Below are positions 17,820 through 28,329 of a DNA stretch of 64,000 nt, one piece after another. A program made the position numbers and the translations under genes. Source of the DNA: an uncultured Planctomycetales bacterium. Lineage in GTDB: Bacteria; Omnitrophota; Gorgyraeia; Zapsychrales; JBDRMG01. The notes under the pieces are model-generated. The model saw nothing but the letters and a program-made list of their open reading frames with translations. It was not told where the DNA came from and ran no database searches. The stretch's first letter is position 1, and every line of letters begins with the position of its first letter. Where the stretch lies: assembly GCA_964478715.1 (NCBI GenBank), contig CAYZIY010000005.1, positions 19,832-83,831 of the forward strand, in the 5' to 3' direction.

Positions 17820-18937
17820 AGGATTTTCATTTCAACGAGAATTGTCAACAACGAAGAAATCATCTCTTGCGTCTTTTTCCCATGAACAATTCTGGTATAA
17901 TACTGATAGTTGTCTTATGGTTTTTGATTATTCTAACTGTCATGGCCGTCGGCCTGGGCAGGCGCACGAGCATTGATCTGGCTATGACGAAGCATTCGAT
18001 TGGAAAACTCAAAGCCTATTATGCGGCTTTTGGTGGATTGATTTATGCGGTGGATTTTATCAAACGGGATGCCGAAGATCAGGAAACCAGGAATTTTGAT
18101 ACACTCTATCTCATGGGGCTTAAGCTCGAAGAGGGGGATAAAAAAGAAGAACTTTTTCAGGATATTGAGCTTGGGGAAGGAGTTTTCAGTATTTATTTTG
18201 AAGAAAACCAGAATGGGGAGACCATCCGCCATTACGGTTTTCATGACGAAGAAAGTAAAATCAATCTTAATGGGATCAAAAAGCAAAATATCGGGGCTTT
18301 GGTCGAGCTGATTAAACTTTTTGATGTCGAGGAAGAAAGGGCTCTGGCAATCGCTTATTCGGTTATTGACTGGCAAGATAAGGACGAGCAACTTTCCGAT
18401 GAAATCTATGGCGCTGAAGGGGATTATTATTCAGGCAGCATTCCTACTTATTCATGCAAGAATAAGCCATTTGATACCGTGGATGAGCTGAAACTCGTTC
18501 GCGGAGTTACAGAAGATTTGTTTGAAAATATAAAGGAGTATTTAACAGTTTATCCGAAAAACGCCACCAATTTGAAAGTCAATTATGATTCCGCTTCAGA
18601 GACCGTCTTGAAGGCATTGATGCGTTCGATGGCGGGCCAGAGGTCTAATACCGAGATCGCTGATGCCGATAGTCTTGTTGAGAAAATGCTGACTTACCGC
18701 AGAGGGGATGATGGCATTCAGGCCACAGAGGATGACGAGCGAATTGAGATTGGTCAGATGCAGCTTAATGCCAAAGAGCGAACTGTTTTCTTAACGTCCC
18801 AAAGTTATGTGACTAAGAAGTCTCGATTTCTGCATTTACTAGTCTCGGGAATTGATCACTCAAGCGGTGCGGAAAGTATTCTGGAGGCTGTTGTCGATAG
18901 AGAAAATTATGCTTTTGTAGAATTTTACCGGCATTAA
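17816..18937 (+). CDS. gspK: Minor pseudopilin GspK
   Basis: G|IILIVVLW, DEESKINLN, IDWQDKD, KNKPFDTVDELKLVRGVT. Confidence 0.9.
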   Translation: MKDFHFNENCQQRRNHLLRLFPMNNSGIILIVVLWFLIILTVMAVGLGRRTSIDLAMTKHSIGKLKAYYAAFGGLIYAVDFIKRDAEDQETRNFDTLYLMGLKLEEGDKKEELFQDIELGEGVFSIYFEENQNGETIRHYGFHDEESKINLNGIKKQNIGALVELIKLFDVEEERALAIAYSVIDWQDKDEQLSDEIYGAEGDYYSGSIPTYSCKNKPFDTVDELKLVRGVTEDLFENIKEYLTVYPKNATNLKVNYDSASETVLKALMRSMAGQRSNTEIADADSLVEKMLTYRRGDDGIQATEDDERIEIGQMQLNAKERTVFLTSQSYVTKKSRFLHLLVSGIDHSSGAESILEAVVDRENYAFVEFYRH

Positions 18938-18939
18938 AG

Positions 18940-20379
18940 ATGGCAAATAATAATATGACGGCTATTGAAATTACCGATACTCACATCAAGATTTTTCACG
19001 GAATCTTTAAGGGGCGCTTTCCTGTCGTGGATTTGTGCGAAGTCAGATCGATTCCGCAGAAAGACGATGCGCAGATAATCCATACGCTGCGGCAAATTAT
19101 TCGCGCTCACAAAAAGACCAAGCTGACTCGCGTGATTGCCGCTATTCCTCGACGATTCGCTATTCTTCGCACGATATCCTTGCCGTCGCACTCGGATCGA
19201 GAAATCGAAAAAATGATCAGGCTCAAGATTGCTCAGCAAATTCCTTATCCTAAAGAAGATGTAGTCTTGGATTATCAAGTCATTCGAAAAGAATTATCCG
19301 GGTATAGTAAAATATTAGTTACGGTTGTTCATAAAGATGTCCTCACCCGCTATCTAAAAATATTTAGAGACAGCCAACTGCACGTTGAATATTTAACCTT
19401 AAGCTCTGTTGGAGTGGCGAACTGGTTTTTCTTCCAAGAAGCAAAGATTGGCAAAAGAGAGAAAGAAACGACGGCCGTGATTAATGTTGACTCGATCGAT
19501 ACGGAGATTTGTTTCTGCCAGGAAGATCATTTACTTTTTGCCCGTGGCATTCCTTTTGGGGCCAAAGATTTGCATGTGGATCATATCGAGAATTTTGCCG
19601 AGCAGATCGGTTTAACCATTATGACCTATATCAAAGAGAAATTGGGCGAGGAAATCAAAAAAGTGATCCTGGTCTCTAATGCCGAGGAAATAATACTTTT
19701 AAGAGAGAAGCTGGAAAACGAATATCATATCAGTGTCGACATTATGAATCCATTTGAAAATGTTGCCCGGAAAGGAAATTTAAATTTCCCTTTGATCTTG
19801 AATCAGGAAAATGTTTCTGCGGTCGTGGGCTTAGGGCTGCTGATGGGAGCCAAAAAGGGATTGATCAATCTGGTTCCACCGGATATTGCCGATAGCAGAA
19901 AAAACAAAAAACACCGATTAGAAATCATGAAATTCTCTTTGCTTCTTTTTGTGACAGTATTGCTTTCTATCGGAGCCCTGCGGGTCAATCTCTACGAACG
20001 TTCCTCTTATCTGTTGTTGATTGATCGGGAGATTGAGGATCTTAAGCCGAAGGTTCGCCGCTTGCAGGATAAGTATAATCGGATGGAATTTATCAGGCAG
20101 CGGCTCAATCCGGGATTAACTATCGTTGATGTGATTTATGAACTCTATGGGTTGACCCCGACGGAAGTTTCGTATAATTTATTGCAATTAAGCGACCAGG
20201 GGCAAATGATTCTACAGGGAACGAGCCAGCAAAGCTCAAGCATAAATGCCTTGCAGAGCAATCTTATTAATTCTCCCTTGTTTGAGGAAGTAACAGTACA
20301 GTCGGTTACCAAGCGCAAAGTTTTTCGGGGCGAGTTGACAGATTTTAAAATCACTTGCGAAATTTTGCGCAAGGAGTGA
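18940..20379 (+). CDS. PilM-like actin-fold domain fused to a PilN/GspL-like membrane and periplasmic domain
   Basis: AIEITDTHIK, QQIPYPKEDVVLDY, INLVPP before a TM helix, SPLFEEV. Confidence 0.75.
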   Translation: MANNNMTAIEITDTHIKIFHGIFKGRFPVVDLCEVRSIPQKDDAQIIHTLRQIIRAHKKTKLTRVIAAIPRRFAILRTISLPSHSDREIEKMIRLKIAQQIPYPKEDVVLDYQVIRKELSGYSKILVTVVHKDVLTRYLKIFRDSQLHVEYLTLSSVGVANWFFFQEAKIGKREKETTAVINVDSIDTEICFCQEDHLLFARGIPFGAKDLHVDHIENFAEQIGLTIMTYIKEKLGEEIKKVILVSNAEEIILLREKLENEYHISVDIMNPFENVARKGNLNFPLILNQENVSAVVGLGLLMGAKKGLINLVPPDIADSRKNKKHRLEIMKFSLLLFVTVLLSIGALRVNLYERSSYLLLIDREIEDLKPKVRRLQDKYNRMEFIRQRLNPGLTIVDVIYELYGLTPTEVSYNLLQLSDQGQMILQGTSQQSSSINALQSNLINSPLFEEVTVQSVTKRKVFRGELTDFKITCEILRKE

Positions 20380-20382
20380 AAA

Positions 20383-20919
20383 ATGGCCTTAAAACGGATG
20401 ACAAAAAGAGAACTAATAATTTTTATTATCTGCCTGATTGTGATATTTATTTTTATTGGTGTGAATTTTATCGTCAAACCATTGCTGGAGCAATATGAAA
20501 AGTTTTCCAATGAAATAACACGAAGAAAGGAGCTGTTAGCCGAATATCATCAGAAACTTAGACAGGGCAAATCCATCGGTGATATATATAAAAAGTTTTC
20601 TCAGCCTTTATTACAAAAATTATCCGACGAGGCCGAGATGGCCGCTATCCTTTCGGAGATCGAATCTGTAGCTAATGAGATTGATTTGCGCGTTTCAGAT
20701 ATGAAACCTAAAAGAGTTAAGCGTACGGAATTTTTTAATACATTTCTCGTCAGTCTTTCACTTGAAGGGGATTTGGCTTCGATTACCCGATTTTTATATG
20801 TTCTTCAAAATAATCCGCATTTGTTTGAAGTCGATGAAGTTCAGCTGCAAAAAAGATCGTTGAGAACGTCTCGGATCAAATGCCAGCTAGTCTTAAGTCG
20901 TTCTCTCATTTTCCAATAA
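20383..20919 (+). CDS. GspM/PilO-like assembly protein
   Basis: MTKRE + TM helix, LEGDLASITRFLYVL. Confidence 0.75.
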   Translation: MALKRMTKRELIIFIICLIVIFIFIGVNFIVKPLLEQYEKFSNEITRRKELLAEYHQKLRQGKSIGDIYKKFSQPLLQKLSDEAEMAAILSEIESVANEIDLRVSDMKPKRVKRTEFFNTFLVSLSLEGDLASITRFLYVLQNNPHLFEVDEVQLQKRSLRTSRIKCQLVLSRSLIFQ

Positions 20920-20993
20920 TCAAAAGATTGACAATTTTTCCAAATAACCGGATTTGGTATTGACTTGCGTGCGTGTGTATATAAAAATGAAAA

Positions 20994-21024
20994 TAGACTC
21001 TCTACTCAGAGAGTTGTTTATATG
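20994..21024 (+). promoter_or_regulatory. Candidate MerR-type promoter/operator
   Basis: TAGACT 20994-20999, 19-bp spacer, TATATG; dyad ACTCTCT-ACTC-AGAGAGT 20997-21014. Confidence 0.45.
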
Positions 21025-21050
21025 TGAATGTATTTCAAAGAGATAGACTC

Positions 21051-21278
21051 ATGCGGCCGATTTATCTGATCAAAGATCTTTCTCGGACAACAGGATTTTC
21101 TGTGCATACTTTAAAATATTATGCCCGTATCGGTCTATTAAAAGAAATCGGGCGCAGCCCGGAGACCAATTTCCGTTATTATGATCAGTCGTCGGTCGAG
21201 CGCTTGTCACTGATTTCATATTTACGAAAACAGGGATTAGCGCTTAAGGATATTAAAGAAAGAATGAGTCCGTCGTGA
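21051..21278 (+). CDS. Short MerR-family HTH protein
   Basis: IKDLSRTTGFSVHTLKYYARIGLL..RSPETNFRYYD..LRKQGLALKDIK; alternative GTG start at 21024. Confidence 0.85.
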   Translation: MRPIYLIKDLSRTTGFSVHTLKYYARIGLLKEIGRSPETNFRYYDQSSVERLSLISYLRKQGLALKDIKERMSPS

Positions 21279-22099
21279 GTTTTTATTCATTGTTAAATTT
21301 AGAAAAAGAACCGTTTTCGACCAGTCCGGATCCAGGCTTTTTTTATCAATCTTTTGCCCATCGGACGGCTTTGCAGCGATTGGAAATTACGATTCGCTTA
21401 AGAAGGGGCTTGAGCATTATCCTGGGTGATGTAGGCACTGGTAAGACCACTCTTCTCAGGGCTCTTTTAAGGCAATTTCATGAAGACCATGATTTTATTT
21501 TCCATATGATCCTGGATCCTGACTTTAAAACCGAGTATCAATTTCTTTCAACATTAACCCGCATGTTTGGGATTAGCCCTTTTTTCCGTTCCACCATTGA
21601 CCATAAAGAAGCAATTGAGCGTTATTTGTATCAGAAAGGAGTCGAAGAAAACAAAACCGTTGTTTTGCTGATCGATGAAGGCCAAAAATTGTCTCAGCCT
21701 CTTTTAGAAATCTTAAGGATTTTTTTAAATTATGAAACTAATGAACAGAAGCTGCTTCAGCTGGTTATTCTTTCCCAGATGGAGCTTCTTCCACGCATTA
21801 AACGAATTCCGAATTTTATCGATCGGATTAATTTTAAATATATCATTAACCCCCTGAACGAAGAAGAAACTCGCGAACTTATTTACTATCGTCTGATGCA
21901 GGCCGGTTTTCATGGCCGTTATGCCTTGTTTACTTATGAGGCCGTCAAAAAGATATATGAAATTACCGGTGGGTATCCAAGAAAAATTTCGCATGTTTGT
22001 CATAACGCTTTGGAACATTTGGTCATGGAAAATCGTGAAGCCGTTACCGGTGATTTAATCGACGAGCTTTACGCGCAAGAAAGCGCATGGAGATCTTGA
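21275..22099 (+). CDS. ExeA/GspA-family AAA+ ATPase (no peptidoglycan-binding C-terminus)
   Basis: EPFSTSPDP, Walker A GDVGTGKT, Walker B LLIDEGQ, TGGYPRKI. Confidence 0.88.
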   Translation: MSFYSLLNLEKEPFSTSPDPGFFYQSFAHRTALQRLEITIRLRRGLSIILGDVGTGKTTLLRALLRQFHEDHDFIFHMILDPDFKTEYQFLSTLTRMFGISPFFRSTIDHKEAIERYLYQKGVEENKTVVLLIDEGQKLSQPLLEILRIFLNYETNEQKLLQLVILSQMELLPRIKRIPNFIDRINFKYIINPLNEEETRELIYYRLMQAGFHGRYALFTYEAVKKIYEITGGYPRKISHVCHNALEHLVMENREAVTGDLIDELYAQESAWRS

Positions 22100-22707
22100 T
22101 GAACAAGATTGACTCTCCGGAAGAACGTCTTTTGAAACATCTCAGGCAAGCTAAGTTGCAAAATCCTGGAGATAGAAATCTGGTGTCTGGATCAAAAAAT
22201 TCCGTCACGGTTGCTTTTGCTTCATCCAGAGCGAATGAAAGAAGCGTGTTTCCTCTTCTTGACTCTTTCTTAGTATTAATTTCTCTGTGTCTGGCGGGAT
22301 ATATCGGTTATATTTATTTGGCATCGCAAAAAAAGGTCGTTGATTTCCCTCAAAAATCGGATGCGGTTACAGCTTTCGCAAATGAACAAATAATTGTCAA
22401 GCAGCCGCGGCCTTTTTCGGTTTATGAGCAAAAACTTTCTCAAAGAGATATCTTTGAATCTCCGCTTCAGAGCATCAGGGATAGGAATAATCCGTCTTTG
22501 CCAGAGCCCCAGACATTTGGTCGCACACTGAAGTTGGTCGGAATTATCCTGGATGAAGAAAAAGAAGCGGTCATTGAGGATTTGCAGGATCGTCAGACCT
22601 ATTTTCTCAAAACAGGAGATGAAATTCACAGCGCAGTCGTTCAAGATATTAGAGAAGGAAAAGTGACACTTCAATATGATGAAGAGATTATCGAGTTGGT
22701 GCAATAG
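22087..22707 (+). CDS. GspC/PilP-like protein
   Basis: TM helix, RDIF, LKLVGII...AVIED...YFLKTGDEI. Confidence 0.7.
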   Translation: MEILMNKIDSPEERLLKHLRQAKLQNPGDRNLVSGSKNSVTVAFASSRANERSVFPLLDSFLVLISLCLAGYIGYIYLASQKKVVDFPQKSDAVTAFANEQIIVKQPRPFSVYEQKLSQRDIFESPLQSIRDRNNPSLPEPQTFGRTLKLVGIILDEEKEAVIEDLQDRQTYFLKTGDEIHSAVVQDIREGKVTLQYDEEIIELVQ

Positions 22708-22720
22708 AAAAGAGGCTACA

Positions 22721-24337
22721 ATGAAACCCTTGGGGATGATCGTTGGGATTTTGATATTTTGTTTTCTTTCGGTTGATTTAGGACTAGCCCAAGAATCCCA
22801 AAAGAAATCCATTTCACAGGCACTTGATATTATTGAACACTATTTTGAGAATCAAGATCAGCGACTTAATCCGGTTACGGAGGAACGCTATCAGAGTGTA
22901 CAAAATGAAAATCAAAAAGAAATGAAAGAGAGCGATCAGAAGAAGCAGGCAAAGATTATGATCGATGTCCTTGAGCTCAAAGATATGGATATCGGAGATG
23001 TCTTGAAATTAATCTCAAAAAAGAGCGGACTCAATATTGTTAAAGGAAGAAATGTCAAAGGACAAGTGACGATCTATCTAAAAGACGTTGATGTGCGTGA
23101 TGCGCTTCGCATCATTATGGAATCAAATGATCTGGCCTATGCGGAAGAGGATGGTATTATTTCTGTGATGACGGCCAAGGATTATGAATTAGCCTTTGGT
23201 CACCGATTTGGAGAGAAAACCCAGATTAAAATTTATCAACTCAAACATGCCAGCGCGGCCGATGCGGTGGCTTTGTTAAGCCAGATCAAAAGTATAATCG
23301 GGAAGGTGATCGCGGATGAAAAATCAAATACTGTAGTTTTAATTGACACGCCGGAGCGCCTGGAGGCTATGGATCGACTGGTACAGGAGATTGATGTCGC
23401 GGTCGGTACCCAAGTATTTAAATTGAGTTATGCGAAGGCCGAAGACGTTTCCAAGCAAATCGAAGAAATTATTACAAAAAATATCGGTTTAGTCAAATAT
23501 GATGAGCGTTCTAATAAAGTTATCGTGACCGATACGACTCAGAAACTTAAACGCATTGAGAATCTTATTGATGCCTTCGATGAAAAGCATAAAGAAGTTT
23601 CGATTTCAGCAAAGATTATTCAACTGACTTTGACGGATCAATATAAAATGGGTGTCGATTGGGAGGCCATCGTTTCCGATTATCACAGCCTGACCTTAAA
23701 AAGCGATTTCGATATTCTCAGCGCAACGGACAAAAAAGGCAAAGTGAGCATCGGAACACTTTCGACTGATGATTATACCGCCTTTGTTGAAGCCCTCGAC
23801 ACAATAGGAACGACAGATATTCTTTCTTCGCCGAGCATTACAGTTATTAACAACGAAGAAGCGAAGATTCTAGTTGGCTCAACACAGCCCTACGTCACAA
23901 CGACAACCACAACCCCGTCATCCGGAGCGACCACGACGGCCGAAAGTGTCAACTTCATCGATGTGGGCGTTCAGCTTTATGTAACGCCCACCATTCATGA
24001 TGACGGCTACATCACTATGAATATTAAGCCCGAAGTTAGCTCCGTGACAAGCTTTCTTACAACAGGAAATAATAATCAAATTCCGGTTGTCGAAACCAGC
24101 GAGGCCGAAACTACCGTGATGGTCAAAGATAGAACAACAATTGTGATCGGCGGGCTGATTAAAGATGAGAAACTGGAAACAGTGAAAAAGGTTCCGCTGC
24201 TTGGAGATGTTCCCGTTCTCGGCAATATTTTCCGCAATAAAGATAGTTATGTTAGAAAAACAGAGATCGTCATTTTTCTGACACCTGAGATTATTTCTGG
24301 GGACAGTTCTGTTAGAAAATTCCAAGATGATTTTTAA
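22721..24337 (+). CDS. Secretin (GspD/PilQ family)
   Basis: Signal peptide, repeated N domains (DEKSNTV, DERSNKV), SSPSITVINNEEA, IVIGGLI, KVPLLGDVPVLGNIF. Confidence 0.9.
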   Translation: MKPLGMIVGILIFCFLSVDLGLAQESQKKSISQALDIIEHYFENQDQRLNPVTEERYQSVQNENQKEMKESDQKKQAKIMIDVLELKDMDIGDVLKLISKKSGLNIVKGRNVKGQVTIYLKDVDVRDALRIIMESNDLAYAEEDGIISVMTAKDYELAFGHRFGEKTQIKIYQLKHASAADAVALLSQIKSIIGKVIADEKSNTVVLIDTPERLEAMDRLVQEIDVAVGTQVFKLSYAKAEDVSKQIEEIITKNIGLVKYDERSNKVIVTDTTQKLKRIENLIDAFDEKHKEVSISAKIIQLTLTDQYKMGVDWEAIVSDYHSLTLKSDFDILSATDKKGKVSIGTLSTDDYTAFVEALDTIGTTDILSSPSITVINNEEAKILVGSTQPYVTTTTTTPSSGATTTAESVNFIDVGVQLYVTPTIHDDGYITMNIKPEVSSVTSFLTTGNNNQIPVVETSEAETTVMVKDRTTIVIGGLIKDEKLETVKKVPLLGDVPVLGNIFRNKDSYVRKTEIVIFLTPEIISGDSSVRKFQDDF

Positions 24338-25373
24338 CTCTTCGATTGCTTTTAAAAAAATTTACCGGCTTTTTATCTTCTCGATTTTTCTACCAGTTTT
24401 CTTCTATGGCTGCGCTTCGGTTCCATCAGGTGGTTATACATATTCGGCAAAAGAGATTGATATTAAGGATATCTGCCACCGTTTTAATGTTCACTGGGAT
24501 TTAGACAGTATTAATCAGGTTGTGGTTTTAACCAAAAACGGTAAAGAAGCGCGTCTTCTGCTTGGAAGCCGAACCGCTGTTGTTAATGGACAGAGAGTGA
24601 CGCTCAATGAAGCGATTAAAAGAAAAAGAGGATCCATTGTTGTTCCGTCTGATTTTAAATCCAAGATTATCGATCGCCTCAGAGAGGAAGCGCAGACAGC
24701 GCTGATCCGGTATCTGCATATTGTCATTGATCCGGGGCACGGTGGGAAAGATCCGGGGGCGGTCAGTCAAAGAGGGCTCTATGAAAAAACCATCAATTTG
24801 GATATTTCTAAAAGGCTGGAGAAAATTCTTAAGAAAGAAGGAATGCAGGTGACCTTAACGAGGATAGACGATGTATTCATTACTCTAGAGGAAAGGGCGG
24901 CCATTGCTCACAAGGCCAAAGCCGATTTGTTTATTAGCATTCATGCCAATGCTAACCCCTCAAAAAGGATAAAAGGTTTTGAGACCTATTATTTGCGACG
25001 TCTGGATGGACAAACGCTGAAAGAAGTTTTCCAGTCACAACCAGTGGAGGAGTTATTAAAATCAAAAAATATCAAGCGGCATTCCATTGTCGATGAAATT
25101 GTTTTTGACATGCTTTATCAGCACAAGCAAAAAGAATCGGCTCGCCTGGCTCAGTATATTACCGATCAAACGACCAGAAAATTGGATGTTGAAAATAGAG
25201 GGTGCAAAATGGCTGGTTATTCTGTTTTGCGTCATACGCTGATCCCTGCGGTTTTGATCGAAGTGGGATATTTGTCCAATAGAAGCGAAGAGAAGCTTTT
25301 GAGTCAGGAACATTATCGTCAACAACTGGCCGAGCAGATCGCGGCCAGTATTACGAGCTATGGCTGGTTATAA
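24327..25373 (+). CDS. N-acetylmuramoyl-L-alanine amidase (Amidase_3), probable lipoprotein
   Basis: IDPGHGGKDPGA, E..NL, FISIHAN, PAVLIEVGYLSN; lipobox-like FYGC. Confidence 0.92.
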   Translation: MIFNSSIAFKKIYRLFIFSIFLPVFFYGCASVPSGGYTYSAKEIDIKDICHRFNVHWDLDSINQVVVLTKNGKEARLLLGSRTAVVNGQRVTLNEAIKRKRGSIVVPSDFKSKIIDRLREEAQTALIRYLHIVIDPGHGGKDPGAVSQRGLYEKTINLDISKRLEKILKKEGMQVTLTRIDDVFITLEERAAIAHKAKADLFISIHANANPSKRIKGFETYYLRRLDGQTLKEVFQSQPVEELLKSKNIKRHSIVDEIVFDMLYQHKQKESARLAQYITDQTTRKLDVENRGCKMAGYSVLRHTLIPAVLIEVGYLSNRSEEKLLSQEHYRQQLAEQIAASITSYGWL

Positions 25374-26175
25374 TAAAAATAAATGCGCCATTGGGGTTTT
25401 TGATTCGGGTTTGGGAGGCCTGACTGTCGTTAAAGAACTAATTAAAAAACTCCCCCATGAAGATATTATTTATTTTGGCGATACTGCTCGCGTTCCTTAC
25501 GGAACCAAGTCTAAGGAATCGATTATTCGATTTTCGAAAGAAAATGCCCGACTTTTGATGAAGCATCATGTCAAACTTATTATCATTGCCTGTAATTCCT
25601 CCTCCAGTGTTTCATTGCATGTCCTGCGCCGGAAATTCCCCGTTGACATTATCGATGTCATTCATCCCGGTGCTCGAAGAGCCATTGAAGCGTCGAAAAA
25701 TAAACGAATAGGGATTATCGCGACCCAGGCGACAATTCATAGCGGAGCTTATGCCAAGGCCGTTCGATCTTATAAAAAAGAAGTAGAGGTTTTTAGTCAA
25801 TCCTGCCCTCTTTTTGTTCCTTTGGCCGAAGAGGGATGGTTTAAGCATTCAGTGAGCACTCAAATCGCTGCATACTATTTAAGCGGATTAAAACGCGCGA
25901 GAATCGATACGTTGATTCTGGGCTGTACTCATTATCCGCTTTTAAAATCGACTATTCAAAAAGTTATAGGCGTAAATGTAACTTTAATCGATTCGGCGCA
26001 AACGGTTGCCAAAGAGGTAAAAGATCTGATAAAAAAGAAGAAGATGGAAAACAAAAATAAGACAAAAGGTAAATATCTTTTTCTTGTCAGCGACGAACCA
26101 AAACATTTTCAGACACTAGCCAAGAGGTTCTTGGGTCGGGCCATCACTGATGTCAGAAAGGTACAGCATGTTTGA
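25360..26175 (+). CDS. murI: Glutamate racemase
   Basis: GVFDSGLGGL, PYGTKS, IACNS, LGCTHYP. Confidence 0.95.
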   Translation: MAGYNKNKCAIGVFDSGLGGLTVVKELIKKLPHEDIIYFGDTARVPYGTKSKESIIRFSKENARLLMKHHVKLIIIACNSSSSVSLHVLRRKFPVDIIDVIHPGARRAIEASKNKRIGIIATQATIHSGAYAKAVRSYKKEVEVFSQSCPLFVPLAEEGWFKHSVSTQIAAYYLSGLKRARIDTLILGCTHYPLLKSTIQKVIGVNVTLIDSAQTVAKEVKDLIKKKKMENKNKTKGKYLFLVSDEPKHFQTLAKRFLGRAITDVRKVQHV

Positions 26176-26533
26176 ATTAATTATCAAAAACGAAATTGCC
26201 GCGTCTCATTATGTGCGTGATTATCCCGGTAAATGCAGAAAGTTGCACGGGCATACCTGGAAAATCGAAGCGCATATTATCAGCTCGAAGGTCAATAAAA
26301 TGGGAATGGTGGTTGATTTTAAGATGATAAAGAAGAAATTCGAAGTATTTCTTGACCAACTGGACCATATCTGCCTGAATGATTTACCTTATTTTCAAGA
26401 AAACAATCCGACGGCCGAAATGATTGCCCAATTTATCTATCGGGAGTTCGGCAAACAATGCCGTCCTTTTCGACTCAAGAGCGTAACCGTGTGGGAATCG
26501 GAGCGTTCCGGCGTCACGTATTCAAGAAAATAG
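26168..26533 (+). CDS. queD: 6-carboxytetrahydropterin synthase
   Basis: CRKLHGHTW, LDHICLN, PTAEMIA, VWES. Confidence 0.92.
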   Translation: MFELIIKNEIAASHYVRDYPGKCRKLHGHTWKIEAHIISSKVNKMGMVVDFKMIKKKFEVFLDQLDHICLNDLPYFQENNPTAEMIAQFIYREFGKQCRPFRLKSVTVWESERSGVTYSRK

Positions 26534-26534
26534 C

Positions 26535-27206
26535 ATGAATAATAATAAAGCGGTTGTTCTTCTTTCGGGCGGGCTCGATAGCGCGACTACTCTTTATGCT
26601 GCTAAACATAAAGGCTGTCGTGTTTTTGTTTTGATTTTCGACTATCATCAGAGACATCGCAAGGAGATTGAATGTGCCAAAAAGATTGCTCTTCAAGCCC
26701 GATGCCCTTATCAAATTATAAAAATAAATTTTCCCTGGAAAGGATCCAGCTTGTTGGATACTCGAAAGGTTTTGCCTCAAGGAAGGGAGGGTCAGTTTTT
26801 AAAAAAAAGGATCCCGTCGACCTATGTTCCTGCTAGAAATATCATTTTTTTAAGTTACGCTCTTTCATATGCTGAGACTATAGGGGCTAAAAAAATATTT
26901 ATCGGAGCTAATGCCATTGATTATTCCGGCTATCCGGATTGTCGACCAGAATTCCTGAGTGCGTTTCAGAAAGTTATCGACACGGGAACAAAATCTTGCG
27001 TTGAAGGTCGTCATATCAGCATTGAAGCTCCCTTGATTCAGAAAACAAAATCCCAAATTATCAAGCTGGGGCTTCAGCTTAAGGTTCCCTATGATTTAAC
27101 TTGGTCCTGTTATGCGGGCCTCCGGAACCCCTGCGGTGTTTGTGATAGTTGTTTGTTAAGAAAAAAAGGCTTTGATCAACTCAAGAAGGATGATCCCGCG
27201 TTATGA
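26535..27206 (+). CDS. queC: 7-cyano-7-deazaguanine synthase
   Basis: SGGLDS, TYVPARN, GYPDCR, TWSCY..CGVCDSC. Confidence 0.95.
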   Translation: MNNNKAVVLLSGGLDSATTLYAAKHKGCRVFVLIFDYHQRHRKEIECAKKIALQARCPYQIIKINFPWKGSSLLDTRKVLPQGREGQFLKKRIPSTYVPARNIIFLSYALSYAETIGAKKIFIGANAIDYSGYPDCRPEFLSAFQKVIDTGTKSCVEGRHISIEAPLIQKTKSQIIKLGLQLKVPYDLTWSCYAGLRNPCGVCDSCLLRKKGFDQLKKDDPAL

Positions 27207-27892
27207 TGCATGCTAAGATTACAGAAATTTTTAGATCTTTTCAGGGCGAAGGTATTTATCTTGGTTGCCCTCAGGTTTTTATCAGATTCTTTGGTTGTTC
27301 CTTAAACTGTTCGTTTTGCGACACTCCTCAATCGAAAGAGGGAAAAGAAGCAACCTTCAGAGAATACACTCCTCGGGAATTAATTCAACACGTTTTAGAT
27401 ATGTCTCAACCTTGTCATTCGATCAGCTTAACCGGCGGAGAGCCTCTGGAGCATGTTGGTTTTCTGAAGCAAATTTGTCCCGAGCTAAAAAAACACAAAA
27501 AAATTTATCTGGAAACAAACGGTGTTTATTTTCAGCAACTCAAAGATATCGTAGATGAAGTCGATATCATTTCTATGGATATTAAACTTCCCAGTTCGAT
27601 GGGGGGTAAATCCTATTACGAGAAGCATCAGGAATTTTTGAAGATTGCCCTGAGAAAGGAAGTTTTCATCAAGATTGTTGTTACCCGTCAAGCTCAAAAA
27701 GGCGAGATAATCGAGACTTCTCAACGAGTATCTGCGATCAGCAAGGATGTTCCAGTCGTGATCCAGCCTAATACCTTCGATCTGGAAAGCGAACTGGTAA
27801 CAAAAAGCTTGACCTTTTGCGATGATTGTTTAAAGTACTTAACAAACGTGCGACTCATTCCCCAAATTCATAAATGGTTAAAGGTGCAGTAG
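27203..27892 (+). CDS. queE: 7-carboxy-7-deazaguanine synthase (radical SAM)
   Basis: [31 protein letters not shown]. Confidence 0.92.
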   Translation: MMHAKITEIFRSFQGEGIYLGCPQVFIRFFGCSLNCSFCDTPQSKEGKEATFREYTPRELIQHVLDMSQPCHSISLTGGEPLEHVGFLKQICPELKKHKKIYLETNGVYFQQLKDIVDEVDIISMDIKLPSSMGGKSYYEKHQEFLKIALRKEVFIKIVVTRQAQKGEIIETSQRVSAISKDVPVVIQPNTFDLESELVTKSLTFCDDCLKYLTNVRLIPQIHKWLKVQ

Positions 27893-27894
27893 AC

Positions 27895-28329
27895 ATGAAA
27901 AGAACAAAATCATACAAAGGTCTGCAGGAAAATGTCCGGCGATTAAAAACGCCTGCCATTGAGGTTTTTGATAATAAATATCCTGATCGTGAATATACAA
28001 TCCATATCGAAACACCGGAATTTACCTGTGTGTGCCCCAAAACCGGTTTGCCGGATTTTGCTACCATTAAAATATACTACCAGCCGGACCAAAAATGCAT
28101 CGAGCTTAAATCATTAAAAATGTATTTCTTGTTTTACCGTAATCTCGGTATTTTTCACGAGCATTTGACAAACAGGATTTTAGAAGATTGCGTTAAGTCA
28201 ACTTCCTGCCGGTGGATGAAGGTGGAGGCAATCATGAATCCGCGCGGTGGAATTACAACGACAGTCTCGACTTGTTATTCAAAAGGAAAAAAAAGACAAC
28301 CAAAGGATCACAATGATGATACGCCCTAG
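27895..28329 (+). CDS. queF: PreQ0 nitrile reductase, type I
   Basis: [28 protein letters not shown]. Confidence 0.93.
   Translation: MKRTKSYKGLQENVRRLKTPAIEVFDNKYPDREYTIHIETPEFTCVCPKTGLPDFATIKIYYQPDQKCIELKSLKMYFLFYRNLGIFHEHLTNRILEDCVKSTSCRWMKVEAIMNPRGGITTTVSTCYSKGKKRQPKDHNDDTP

Noticed and set aside
20966-20983. GCGTGTGTATAT as a second copy of the dinB operator
   Set aside because: Only loose half-site similarity and not palindromic
26168-28329. queDCEF as a 7-deazaguanine DNA modification (dpd) system
   Set aside because: QueF is present, no dpdA/tgtA5 is seen, and the context (murI, rph, rdgB) is housekeeping; this is ordinary queuosine precursor synthesis
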